Assembly: GCA_024695405.1 (NCBI GenBank)
Contig: JAILIF010000043.1
Location: 1 to 61,901, forward strand
Reading direction: 5' to 3'
DNA length: 61,901 bases
From: Bacilli bacterium
GTDB taxonomy: Bacteria > Bacillota_I > Bacilli_A > RFN20 > CAG-826
A program made the translations under genes and the position numbers. The notes beneath the pieces were generated by a model. It was given only the letters and a program-made list of their open reading frames with translations. It had not been told where the DNA came from and ran no database searches. This document shows, one piece after another, positions 10,203-19,311 of this stretch (the first letter of the stretch is position 1; each line of letters starts with the position of its first letter).

Positions 10203-10375
10203 GCAGTTTTTGTAATTTTTACTAATTTTGATTAATCAAAATGAATTTTTTTTCGAAGGTTAATATATTTTATTAAAATATATTGTTGTTTTAGGCGTCT
10301 CCTAGGGCGTTTTTATTGCTTTTAGTTATAACTAATTTTCGATATAATTTTATTCTGCAATAAGGAGGATTTATC

Positions 10376-12322
10376 ATGGCTGACGAAATTAAAAAATCTA
10401 GTTATACTGCTGACGACATCCACATAATGAAGGGTCTTGAAGGTGTTAGAAAGAGACCTGCTATGTATATTGGTAGCTCAAATGGAGCTGGTTTACATCA
10501 TTTAGTTTGGGAAATTGTTGACAATGCAGTTGATGAAGCTCTCTCAGGATATGGTAAAACTATCGAAGTAACAATTCACTCAGATGGATCGCTTTCTGTT
10601 TTAGATGAAGGCCGTGGTATTCCTTGTGGCATTAATAAAGAGACAGGCAGACCTGCTGTTGAAATTGTTTTCACAGAACTACACGCTGGTGGTAAATTCA
10701 ATTCCGCAGTATATAAAAGTGCTGCTGGTTTACACGGTGTTGGTGCTGCAGTTACTAATGCATTGAGCGAATGGCTTGATGTTCAAGTTTATCAAAATGG
10801 CAATATTTATCACTTAAGATTTGAAAAAGGTGGTAAGTTAAAACAAAAATTAGAAATCATCGGACAAAGCAAAAAACATGGTACTTTTGTCAGGTTTAAA
10901 CCTGACAAAGAGATTTTCTCTACAGTTGATTTTAAGTGGGATACCATTGCAAACCACCTTCAAGAAAGTGCTTTCTTAATGAAGGGTGTTCACTTTGTTT
11001 TAAATGAAGAAAAAACTGGTCAATCCCAAGAATTTTATTACGAAAAAGGACTAGTTGAATATATTCAAATTATGAATGCTGATAAGAGTGCATTAACTCC
11101 TGTTATTGATTTTGAAGGTGTTGATGAAACAACTCAAATCGGTATGGAAATTGCTCTTCAATATTGTAACGAAGACTACAATGAAACAATCTATTCTTAC
11201 GTTAATAACGTAAGAACTAGAGATGGCGGTACCCACGAATCAGGCTTTAGAAGTGGTATTGGTAAATGCGTAAATGACTTCGCAGAAGCTAATGGGTTAT
11301 TACGCGGAAAGAAACTTGAAGGTAGTGATATTAGAGAAGGTATCACTGCTGTTATTTCTTTAAAAATTCCAGAACAATATCTTGAATTTGAAGGACAAAC
11401 AAAAGGCAAATTAGGTACTCCAGAAGCAACTGCAATTGTCTCAAATTTTATTAATAATAAATTCACATATTATTTAACCGAAAATAAAGAATTAGCAGTT
11501 CAATTAATCAATAAATGCATCGCTAGCGCATCTGCAAGAATGGCTGCCCGTAAAGCAAAAGAAGAAGCAAGAACTTCTAAAAAAGCTAAACAAGAAGTTA
11601 TTCTTTCTGATAAATTAACACCTGCTCAATCTAAAGAATATTTAAAAAACGAACTCTTTATTGTTGAGGGTGATTCCGCTGGTGGATCTGCTAAAAAAGG
11701 TAGAGATAGATTGCATCAAGCAATCTTACCATTAAGAGGTAAACCTCTTAATACTGATTCAATTTCTATGGATAAATTACTCCATAACGAAGAAATTGCA
11801 ACAATTATTAACACAATTGGTGCAGGCTTTGGACAAAGTTTTGATTTAGAAGATATACATTATGGCAAAATCATTATCATGACTGATGCTGATACTGATG
11901 GTGCTCACATTCAAACTCTTTTGCTTACATTCTTCTATCACTATATGAGACAACTCATTGTTAGCGGTCACGTTTATATTGCTGTTCCTCCGCTTTATAG
12001 AGTTTATAAAGAAGAGGGAAAAAAGGTCATTCAAGAATATGCTTGGGATGATGCTGGACTTGAAGCTGCTAAGAAAAAAGTTGGTGGTGGATACAAAGTA
12101 TCCAGATATAAAGGTCTTGGTGAAATGGATGCAGTTCAACTTAAAGAAACAACTATGGATCCTAAGACAAGATTATTGATCCAAGTTGATATCGAAGATC
12201 CATTTGTTGTTGAAAAACGTGTCGCTGTTTTAATGGGCAAAGATACATCTGTTCGTAAGAAATGGGTTGAAGAAAACGTTGATTTCAACGTTGTAGATAC
12301 ATTCATGAAGGAGGTTAGATAA
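10376..12322 (+). CDS. parE: DNA topoisomerase IV subunit B
   Basis: GHKL ATPase plus TOPRIM (LEGVRKRPAMYIGS, EGDSAGGSAKKGRDR, IIIMTDADTDGAHI). It has LSDKLTPA where GyrB has LPGKLADC, and aligns with B. subtilis ParE throughout. Strong SD TAAGGAGG. Confidence 0.85.
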   Translation: MADEIKKSSYTADDIHIMKGLEGVRKRPAMYIGSSNGAGLHHLVWEIVDNAVDEALSGYGKTIEVTIHSDGSLSVLDEGRGIPCGINKETGRPAVEIVFTELHAGGKFNSAVYKSAAGLHGVGAAVTNALSEWLDVQVYQNGNIYHLRFEKGGKLKQKLEIIGQSKKHGTFVRFKPDKEIFSTVDFKWDTIANHLQESAFLMKGVHFVLNEEKTGQSQEFYYEKGLVEYIQIMNADKSALTPVIDFEGVDETTQIGMEIALQYCNEDYNETIYSYVNNVRTRDGGTHESGFRSGIGKCVNDFAEANGLLRGKKLEGSDIREGITAVISLKIPEQYLEFEGQTKGKLGTPEATAIVSNFINNKFTYYLTENKELAVQLINKCIASASARMAARKAKEEARTSKKAKQEVILSDKLTPAQSKEYLKNELFIVEGDSAGGSAKKGRDRLHQAILPLRGKPLNTDSISMDKLLHNEEIATIINTIGAGFGQSFDLEDIHYGKIIIMTDADTDGAHIQTLLLTFFYHYMRQLIVSGHVYIAVPPLYRVYKEEGKKVIQEYAWDDAGLEAAKKKVGGGYKVSRYKGLGEMDAVQLKETTMDPKTRLLIQVDIEDPFVVEKRVAVLMGKDTSVRKKWVEENVDFNVVDTFMKEVR

Positions 12323-12324
12323 TT

Positions 12325-14979
12325 ATGGGAAGAAGAAAAAAAGACTCTCCTATTGAAGAAGTAATTCAAGAAAATATCTCCGTTGAACCTATGGAAGAGG
12401 TCATGGGTGATAGATATGCAACTTATGCAAAATATGTCATTCAAGATAGGGCTATTCCAGATGTTAGAGATGGTTTAAAACCTGTTCAAAGAAGAATTAT
12501 TTTCTCGATGTATAAGAGCAATAATGTCTTCAATAAACCTACTAGAAAATGCGCTCACACAGTTGGTGCTGTTATGGGTACTTATCACCCTCATGGTGAC
12601 ACTTCGATTTATGAAGCTTTAGCTCGTATGTCACAAGATTGGAAAGTCAGATATCCACTTATCGATTTCCAAGGAAATAATGGTAGTATTGATGGCGACT
12701 CTCCTGCTGCATATCGTTATACAGAATCAAGATTATCTGAACTCTCAAATGAGCTCGTTAAAGACATCGAAAAGAAGACAGTTGATATGCAACTCAACTT
12801 CGATGATACAGAGCTCGAACCGGTCGTTTTGCCATCAAGATTCCCTAACCTATTTGTTAATGGTACTGAAGGTATTGCAGTTGCTTTAGCAACTGAAATT
12901 CCTCCACATAACCTACGTGAAATAATTGATGCTACTATTTATAGAATCTCTCATAAGACTGCTACAATTGAAGAGTTGATGCAAATTGTTAAAGGCCCAG
13001 ATTTCCCTGGTGGTGGCTATATTTATAACTCAGACGGACTTAAAAATATCTACTTAACAGGTAGAGGAAGAATTGAACTTTCTGCAAAGTGTGAAATTGT
13101 TCAAAATCGAGAAAATCAGCAAATTGTTATTACTGAAATTCCATATAAAATTGTTAAGATTCAATTGGTATATGAAATCGATAAAATTATTCATTCAAAA
13201 GTAGTTGATGGAATGCTTGAAGTTAGGGATGAATCTGACTGGAAAGGTATTAGAATCGTCATCGACTGTAAAAAGGAAGCAAAATGTGAACTCCTTTTGA
13301 AATATTTAATGAGCAAAACTTCACTTGTTTGTGGATATAGCGCTAATATGGTTGCTATTGTTAATGGACGTCCAAAAACAATCAATTTATTAGATTATAT
13401 TGATGCTTATATTGCACACCAAGTTGATGTTGTAACTAGAAAGAGCAAATTTGATTTACAAAAAGCCAGCGATAGATTACATATTGTTGAAGGTTTAATC
13501 TTAGCTTCATTAAATATTAATGAGGTTGTTGATATAATCAAAAAGAGTAAAGACAAAGCTGATTCTAAAGTTAACTTAATCGCAAAATATGGATTAAGCA
13601 ACGAACAAGCAGAAGCTATTGTTACAATGCCTTTATATAAGTTATCTCACACTGATGAAATAATTTTAGAAAAAGAAAAAGAGACATTACTCGATGAAAT
13701 TAGCAATTTAAAAGCTATTCTAAGTAATCCTGACAAACTCAATCGCGTATTAATTAAGGATTTAAAGGAAATTGCAGATAAATATGGAGATGAAAGACGT
13801 ACTCAAATTATTGAAAAAGAAGGCACAACCGAAGTCGATAAGAGAGAATTAATCGCCAAAGAAGAGGTTATGGTAGCCGTTACTAGAGATGGCTATGTCA
13901 AACGTTCTACTATGAAATCATATAGAACAAGTGGTGATAACGCTCTTCCTGGAATTAAAGATGGTGATGCTCTTGTTTCATGCGGTTTAGCTAATACAAT
14001 AGATTACTTAATCGCATTTACTTCATTAGGAAATTATGTTTCAATTCCAGTACATAAATTAACTGAAACTAAGTGGAAAGATGAAGGCGTTCACTTAAAT
14101 CAATTCGCAACATTGTCTGCTGGTGAAAAAATTGTTAAAGCGGTTGTTTATAACGTCCTTCGAGATGATTTGTATATCGCTTTCTTAAGTAAATTTGGAC
14201 AAATTAAGAGAATGTGTATTAACTGCTTAGATACAGATAAACACTCTAAACCACAAAGGTGCATGAAATTACTTACTGGCGATGAAATCGTTGGTGTAGA
14301 ATGCTTAACTGGCAATAGTGATATCTTGATCCTTGCTGCAGATGGTCGTGGAACTTTCTTTAACGAAAACGAATTAACAATTGTTGGAGCTAAGGCTGGT
14401 GGCGTTAAATCTATGAACGGATTAAATAAATCTTCAGCAGCTTGCATGCTGGCGTTTGACGAAGATGAATATAGCAAAATTGTCATATTTACCGATAAGG
14501 GTTCATATAGAATCATCGATACAAATAGACTTACTAAAACTCAACGTTTAGGTAAGACTATGGAACTTGTTCCTTCATTCAAATATGAGAAGCACTTTGT
14601 AACAGCGATGAGAAAGATTATTACTAGAGAACCTGTTAATACTTATGGATTATATCTTTCAGATCAATCTATTTATGTATTGTCTATAGACAATTATTTC
14701 TTAACAGATGTTACTAAAAACGCTAAAAAGAATATCGATATTCCTTCAAAAGTAACTATTGTAAACGCATATTCGTTATTTATTGAAAGAATCGATGCAA
14801 AATCTGTTTCTCACCCAATAATCGAAAAAGAAAAACCTATTGAACTAACAGGAGAAGACGGAGAACAAACTGTTGATGATACTAACGAAAATGCTGATGC
14901 AAACAATAGTGCTTCCGAGGCTGAAACTAAAGAGTCAAAGATAGAACAAATTTCAATCTTTGATGATTTAGATGAATAA
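12325..14979 (+). CDS. parC: DNA topoisomerase IV subunit A (with acidic C-terminal tail)
   Basis: Type IIA subunit A: active-site region [10 protein letters not shown] and the [10 protein letters not shown] motif. The first CTD blade reads [16 protein letters not shown], so it lacks the GyrA box (QRRGGKG) and fits ParC rather than GyrA. The last ~55 aa are Asp/Glu-rich. Confidence 0.85.
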   Translation: MGRRKKDSPIEEVIQENISVEPMEEVMGDRYATYAKYVIQDRAIPDVRDGLKPVQRRIIFSMYKSNNVFNKPTRKCAHTVGAVMGTYHPHGDTSIYEALARMSQDWKVRYPLIDFQGNNGSIDGDSPAAYRYTESRLSELSNELVKDIEKKTVDMQLNFDDTELEPVVLPSRFPNLFVNGTEGIAVALATEIPPHNLREIIDATIYRISHKTATIEELMQIVKGPDFPGGGYIYNSDGLKNIYLTGRGRIELSAKCEIVQNRENQQIVITEIPYKIVKIQLVYEIDKIIHSKVVDGMLEVRDESDWKGIRIVIDCKKEAKCELLLKYLMSKTSLVCGYSANMVAIVNGRPKTINLLDYIDAYIAHQVDVVTRKSKFDLQKASDRLHIVEGLILASLNINEVVDIIKKSKDKADSKVNLIAKYGLSNEQAEAIVTMPLYKLSHTDEIILEKEKETLLDEISNLKAILSNPDKLNRVLIKDLKEIADKYGDERRTQIIEKEGTTEVDKRELIAKEEVMVAVTRDGYVKRSTMKSYRTSGDNALPGIKDGDALVSCGLANTIDYLIAFTSLGNYVSIPVHKLTETKWKDEGVHLNQFATLSAGEKIVKAVVYNVLRDDLYIAFLSKFGQIKRMCINCLDTDKHSKPQRCMKLLTGDEIVGVECLTGNSDILILAADGRGTFFNENELTIVGAKAGGVKSMNGLNKSSAACMLAFDEDEYSKIVIFTDKGSYRIIDTNRLTKTQRLGKTMELVPSFKYEKHFVTAMRKIITREPVNTYGLYLSDQSIYVLSIDNYFLTDVTKNAKKNIDIPSKVTIVNAYSLFIERIDAKSVSHPIIEKEKPIELTGEDGEQTVDDTNENADANNSASEAETKESKIEQISIFDDLDE

Positions 14980-15000
14980 AACTCTATTAAAATTTTATTA

Positions 15001-15025
15001 ACGCTCACGAAAAGTGGGCGTTTTT
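15001..15025 (+). terminator. rho-independent terminator after parC
   Basis: ACGCTCAC-GAAAA-GTGGGCGT followed by TTTTT. It contains one U:G pair that works only on the + strand. Confidence 0.6.
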
Positions 15026-15073
15026 AATTTGAAAAGTCTATTTTTAAAGACTTTTATGTAGTATGATATTTCC

Positions 15074-15604
15074 ATGAGTAAATTTGTACCATTTGCGCAC
15101 GCTCAAAGTTTGTATGAAATTGACCCTGAGTTTTTCAAAAGTAACAATGTTACTACTCTTTTTGTTGATTTAGATAATACGTTAGATAGTTATAAACTTC
15201 ATAAACCATCTGATAATGCAAAGGCATTAATCAAGAAACTTAATGAAGCTGGTATTAATGTTGTTATCATGTCAAACAATAGATATAAAAGAGTTTTACC
15301 ATATGCAAATGAATTAAATGTTGAATTTATTTCTTCAACAGGGAAACCTTTTCCTCGTAAAATCAATAAATTTGTCCAGGCAAAAGGATTAAATAAAGAA
15401 AATATAATGGTGGTTGGAGACCAACTAATGACCGATACTTTAGCAGGAAATAGAGCTCATGTTAGAGTTATATTAACTGAAAAAATCGTTAAAGAAGATC
15501 AACCGACAACGCATTTTAATAGATTGTTTGATAGACCAATTAGAAAGCATTTGAGAAAGAAAGGTTTATTAGTAGATTGGAAGGACAAATATGGGACAAG
15601 GTAG
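15074..15604 (+). CDS. YqeG-family HAD-IIIA phosphatase
   Basis: HAD motifs (FVDLDNTL, MSNN, VGDQLMTD). First gene of the conserved yqeG-yqeH-yhbY-nadD-yqeK cluster. Confidence 0.8.
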   Translation: MSKFVPFAHAQSLYEIDPEFFKSNNVTTLFVDLDNTLDSYKLHKPSDNAKALIKKLNEAGINVVIMSNNRYKRVLPYANELNVEFISSTGKPFPRKINKFVQAKGLNKENIMVVGDQLMTDTLAGNRAHVRVILTEKIVKEDQPTTHFNRLFDRPIRKHLRKKGLLVDWKDKYGTR

Positions 15605-16742
15605 AAAAGTTTTACGTTGCATACGTTGTGGGGAAGCCCTTCAAAGCACAAATCCAAAAGCAAAGGGTTATATTAGCCCTGAATTTTTAAATGAACAAAA
15701 TGAAATCACCGCAATATATTGTGATGAATGCTATAACGCTATTTCTTTAATTAATGCTAGAGTTCAATCTTCACATGATGATCAAGCTGTTATTAATTAT
15801 TTTAAGAAATTAAAAAAAGAGAAAACTGTTATTCTTTTTGTTATTGATTTATTTTCTTTCTCTGGTCTTATTGACGATGATGTTGCTGAATTAATTAAAG
15901 GTAAAGATGTAGCGGTTGTTGGAACTAAAAGAAAATTATTTGGAAATTATTTTAATGCTAAAAAAATGGAAGCATCTATTAATGCTGCTTTTGAAGAAAA
16001 AGGAATTAAACCATTAAAGATTTATATGGTCGATAGAAATGATAAATCCATTGATGATGCAATTGATGCATTTAAGCGCCATTTCTTGGATGATGGTGGT
16101 GATTTAAAAGGCCGTGATGCATTTATGGTTGGAAGAAAAAGTTCTGGTAAAACAACTCTAATTAGTTCTTTTTTAAAGAAATTTAGTAACCAAAGTAATG
16201 AAAACATTAGTGTTGAGTGGCTAAACAAGAATTTAAAAGCGACAATTATTCCTTTACCAGATGGAAATAAATTCTATGAATTGCCTGATTTGAGTATTAA
16301 TAATTCAATTATTTCTAAAGTTGAAAAACCTGTTCAAAATCTTTTAATTCCTAAAGGAACACTTGATACACATAGTGGTTCTTTGAAAGGTGGAGACGCA
16401 GTTCAAATTGGTTCCATCGCTGGAATTGAAGTTACAAGCGGAGAATCAACTTACTACAAATATTATTGTTCTAGATTAGTTGAAGCTAAGAAAGTTTCTG
16501 CTGCTAAGTTCAATGATTCATTTAAAAATAACATGATTAATAAACTTGTTAGACCTGTTTCTAGTAATTTTATTACTATGCTAGACTTTGAGGTATTTGA
16601 ATTTGTTTATAAAAAAGACGGAATTTATCACGAAATAGCCGCTGAGGGACTTGGATTTATAGTCTTTAAGGGAGTTGGACAAACAATTAGAATTTGCGTT
16701 CCAAAAGGCGTTTATGTAAGTAGTAATTTAGCGAGGGTTTAA
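15591..16742 (+). CDS. YqeH-like ribosome biogenesis (circularly permuted) GTPase homologue with degenerate G motifs
   Basis: N-terminal CxxC...CxxC zinc finger (CIRCGE...CDEC). The order of the G4-like and then P-loop segments, and the position between yqeG and yhbY, match YqeH. The P-loop GRKSSGKT is kept, but G4 and G3 are not (see findings). Confidence 0.65.
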   Translation: MGQGRKVLRCIRCGEALQSTNPKAKGYISPEFLNEQNEITAIYCDECYNAISLINARVQSSHDDQAVINYFKKLKKEKTVILFVIDLFSFSGLIDDDVAELIKGKDVAVVGTKRKLFGNYFNAKKMEASINAAFEEKGIKPLKIYMVDRNDKSIDDAIDAFKRHFLDDGGDLKGRDAFMVGRKSSGKTTLISSFLKKFSNQSNENISVEWLNKNLKATIIPLPDGNKFYELPDLSINNSIISKVEKPVQNLLIPKGTLDTHSGSLKGGDAVQIGSIAGIEVTSGESTYYKYYCSRLVEAKKVSAAKFNDSFKNNMINKLVRPVSSNFITMLDFEVFEFVYKKDGIYHEIAAEGLGFIVFKGVGQTIRICVPKGVYVSSNLARV

Positions 16743-16746
16743 TATT

Positions 16747-17034
16747 ATGTTAACTAGTAATGATAAAAAGACTTTAAAAAGTATCGCAAATACATTGGAA
16801 ACAAAATATCAATTAGGAAAAAGCGGAATCACAGATACATCTGTTGATATGTTTGATAAAGCATTAACTGCTCATGAATTGATTAAAATTGATGTTATGA
16901 AAAATGTTACAACTGAGGTTATGGAATTAGCTTTAGATTTATCTAGCAAATTAAAAGCTGAAGTTGTTAATGTTATTGGAAGAACAATTCTTCTTTATAG
17001 AAAAAATCCTAAAAATCAAAAAATTAAGTTATAA
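16747..17034 (+). CDS. YhbY/CRM-domain RNA-binding protein (YqeI)
   Basis: About 95 aa with LKSIANTLETKYQLGKSGIT...IKIDV...IGRTILLYR, typical of YhbY family proteins. Conserved position. Confidence 0.8.
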   Translation: MLTSNDKKTLKSIANTLETKYQLGKSGITDTSVDMFDKALTAHELIKIDVMKNVTTEVMELALDLSSKLKAEVVNVIGRTILLYRKNPKNQKIKL

Positions 17035-17036
17035 AA

Positions 17037-18140
17037 ATGAAAAGAATTATATTTGGTGGTGCATTTGACCCAATTCATAACGGTCATATAAATATGGCTT
17101 TATCCGCAGCAAAACAAATTGGCGGAGAAGTTATTTTTGTGCCTTCCAAAGTTTCGGTTTGGAAAACAAAATCTGTCGAAATTAAACATAAAAAAAGAAT
17201 GGTTGAACTCGCGATTAAAGATTTTGATTGCTTTTCTTTATCTGATTTTGAGTTAACCCACAAAGATAATTTTGTTTATTCTATTTTTACAATTAAGCAT
17301 TTTTTAGAAAAATATCCAGATGATAAGATTTTCTATTTAATCGGGGGAGATCAAGCTAATAAATTCCATTTATGGAAATACTGCGATGATATTGCAAAAT
17401 TCGCTCAAATTCTCGTTTTTCCTAGAAAAGATGTGAAATTATCTAAGAAAAACGTTGATAGATTCAACATGATTGTTTTGGACGGCGAAGAAAGAAGCGA
17501 TGCTTCAGTTAATATTAGAGATTTTAAAGAAATTGATATTCCATATCCTGTTATTCAATATATTGAAGAACATTCATTATACTACATCCCTAAATTAAAA
17601 GAATGGTACGGAGACAGATATAATCACGTTAGAAGCGTTGCAAATTTATCTTACCAAATTGCAAAAAATAATGGATTTAATCCACAAAAAGCTTATATTG
17701 CTGGATTCTTACACGATTTAGGAAAAAAAGTTCATTTAGAAAAAAATGAATCTGAATATAAAGATGAAATTAAATTTTTAAACACTGCGTATAATGGTCA
17801 ATTCAAAAATTTACCTCCATATGCAGTTCATCAAGTTTTAGGTGTTTATTACGCTAAAAAAGAATTTTATATCGAAGATCCAAAAATTTTAAACGCAATT
17901 TTATATCATTGCACTGGAAATGAAAATATGAATTGGATTGAGAAGATAGTTTATGCTGCGGACAAAATTGATCCATGCAGAGGCTATGATTCTTCAAAAT
18001 TAATTCAAGCAATGATGGAAGATTTAGATAAAGGATTTGTAACGGTATTAAAAGCGAACATTGATTATATAAATCCAAAAATGAAAATTACAGGAAGTAA
18101 TGAATTCACGAATAAGTGTATTGATTATTATTTAAAATAA
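17037..18140 (+). CDS. nadD: fused nicotinate-nucleotide adenylyltransferase (NadD) / HD-domain YqeK phosphohydrolase
   Basis: The N-terminal ~190 aa carry the nucleotidyltransferase motif GGAFDPIHNGH. The C-terminal ~175 aa carry HD-domain motifs (RYNHVRSV, GFLHDLGK, LYHCTG, AADKIDP) as in YqeK. It is one uninterrupted ORF. Confidence 0.85.
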   Translation: MKRIIFGGAFDPIHNGHINMALSAAKQIGGEVIFVPSKVSVWKTKSVEIKHKKRMVELAIKDFDCFSLSDFELTHKDNFVYSIFTIKHFLEKYPDDKIFYLIGGDQANKFHLWKYCDDIAKFAQILVFPRKDVKLSKKNVDRFNMIVLDGEERSDASVNIRDFKEIDIPYPVIQYIEEHSLYYIPKLKEWYGDRYNHVRSVANLSYQIAKNNGFNPQKAYIAGFLHDLGKKVHLEKNESEYKDEIKFLNTAYNGQFKNLPPYAVHQVLGVYYAKKEFYIEDPKILNAILYHCTGNENMNWIEKIVYAADKIDPCRGYDSSKLIQAMMEDLDKGFVTVLKANIDYINPKMKITGSNEFTNKCIDYYLK

Positions 18141-18151
18141 CTTTAAAAATA

Positions 18152-18179
18152 ACTTCGCATAATTATCATTATGTTAACA
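18152..18179. other. dif: candidate dif site (XerC/XerD chromosome dimer resolution site)
   Basis: ACTTCGCATAA-TTATCA-TTATGTTAACA has 11-6-11 architecture. By hand alignment it matches the remembered B. subtilis and E. coli dif sequences at 19/28 positions each, with conserved inner arms GCATAA/TTATGT. It sits in the convergent gap where gene orientation switches, 2.4 kb from xerD. Confidence 0.65.
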
Positions 18180-18201
18180 AAAAATACGACAAAAATTAAT
18201 T

Positions 18202-18226
18202 AAAGACGATTGTTAATCGTCTTTTT
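18202..18226. terminator. bidirectional rho-independent terminator between convergent genes
   Basis: AAAGACGATT-G(T)T-AATCGTCTTT hairpin flanked by an A-tract on the 5' side and a T-tract on the 3' side. This makes it usable by both the nadD-yqeK (+) and membrane protein (-) transcripts. Confidence 0.6.
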
Positions 18227-18250
18227 ACTTAATTTCTTATTCAAATATTT

Positions 18251-19294
18251 TTATTTATTAAAATCGTTTTGTGAATAATCTTCAAAAGGATCTTTATTTG
18301 AATCGTATTTTTCGAATGGATCTATTTCGTCATCTAAAGGATGTTCTTTGCAATATTCTTCAAATGCATCTTCGCCTTCGAAATATTTTTTTGCGTTTCC
18401 GTTTTTAATTTCTTCTTCAATGAATGTGACTTGTTTCTTTTTAGAGATAATTAATCCAACGCCAGCTAAAATTGAAATTGCAGAAACTGTTACTAATAAA
18501 GTGAAAATAACCCAATCAACAGAGTAAACGTTTTCATTTGTATCAATTACAAAAGTTATGTTGTAATTTGTTAAATTATAGAAAGTATTCATGCTACTTA
18601 TTAATTCATTTTTTCCGTTTAAATTATCATAAGCATATGATGTGTTATTAATTAAATTACAATTTTTATTATTTTTATGATCGTTAGAAACAAAAACCCC
18701 ATAAAGAGTTGAGCTGGTGAATTTTTTATTTGTTTCATTTAATGCCTTAGATAAACCTAAATAAAGATTGCTACGATGATTACTTACTGGAACATTTTCT
18801 TTAAGTGCTTTTCCAAAATCACTTTCAAAACCTCCAAAAGATACATCTACATACCAATCAACATCGTCTCCGTTTATACAAACGTATTCATACTGGTTAT
18901 CGCTATTATAATCAGCGATTGTTATTAAGATATTTTTCTCATAAAATTGAGAGTCTTCGTGATAAACTTCGGCATATTTATCTAAGCCATAGTCTTCTAT
19001 TTTATCTTGGCTAAATTCGCCTTTTTGAGAACAAACGTAAGCTGAAAAGAAAATTAAAACAATTGCTGTGATAAAAAGGAAAATTGAACCAGCGAAAAAG
19101 TGTAGACCTCTTCTTTCTCTATATGAATAAGGAATATAGTGAGAATGGTAATAAAAACCAGGTCTTATATAATAAGTAGAATGTAAATTTCCGTGCTTAT
19201 CAAATCTAGGAGTAGAAGATGAGGATGAGTGAACTCCACCAAATGAATGGAAACCTCCTCCACCAACGTGTCCCCCTCCACCAACATGTGGCAT
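18251..19294 (-). CDS. hypothetical two-TM membrane protein with Gly/His/Tyr-rich N-terminus and acidic DPFE-repeat C-terminus
   Basis: Strong SD (GGAGGAAATATTT-ATG). N-terminus MPHVGGGGHVGGGGFHSFGG.... First TM FFAGSIFLFITAIVLIFFSAYV, an external domain of about 190 aa, second TM VIFTLLVTVSAISILAGVGLII, then an acidic tail. I recognise no family. Confidence 0.6.
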   Translation of the reverse strand: MPHVGGGGHVGGGGFHSFGGVHSSSSSTPRFDKHGNLHSTYYIRPGFYYHSHYIPYSYRERRGLHFFAGSIFLFITAIVLIFFSAYVCSQKGEFSQDKIEDYGLDKYAEVYHEDSQFYEKNILITIADYNSDNQYEYVCINGDDVDWYVDVSFGGFESDFGKALKENVPVSNHRSNLYLGLSKALNETNKKFTSSTLYGVFVSNDHKNNKNCNLINNTSYAYDNLNGKNELISSMNTFYNLTNYNITFVIDTNENVYSVDWVIFTLLVTVSAISILAGVGLIISKKKQVTFIEEEIKNGNAKKYFEGEDAFEEYCKEHPLDDEIDPFEKYDSNKDPFEDYSQNDFNK

Positions 19295-19311
19295 AAATAT
19301 TTCCTCCTAAA

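Noticed and set aside
10294-10317. Hairpin plus T-tract considered as a bona fide terminator or attenuator in the parE leader.
   Set aside because: Only three Watson-Crick G:C pairs, with the rest G:U wobbles, so it is too weak to list as a feature. It is kept only as part of the finding on the long spacer.
18180-19311. Xer-exploiting integrated element (IMEX) next to dif carrying the orphan membrane protein.
   Set aside because: I found no second dif-like or pseudo-dif repeat flanking the gene, no phage or replication genes, and no obvious compositional break.
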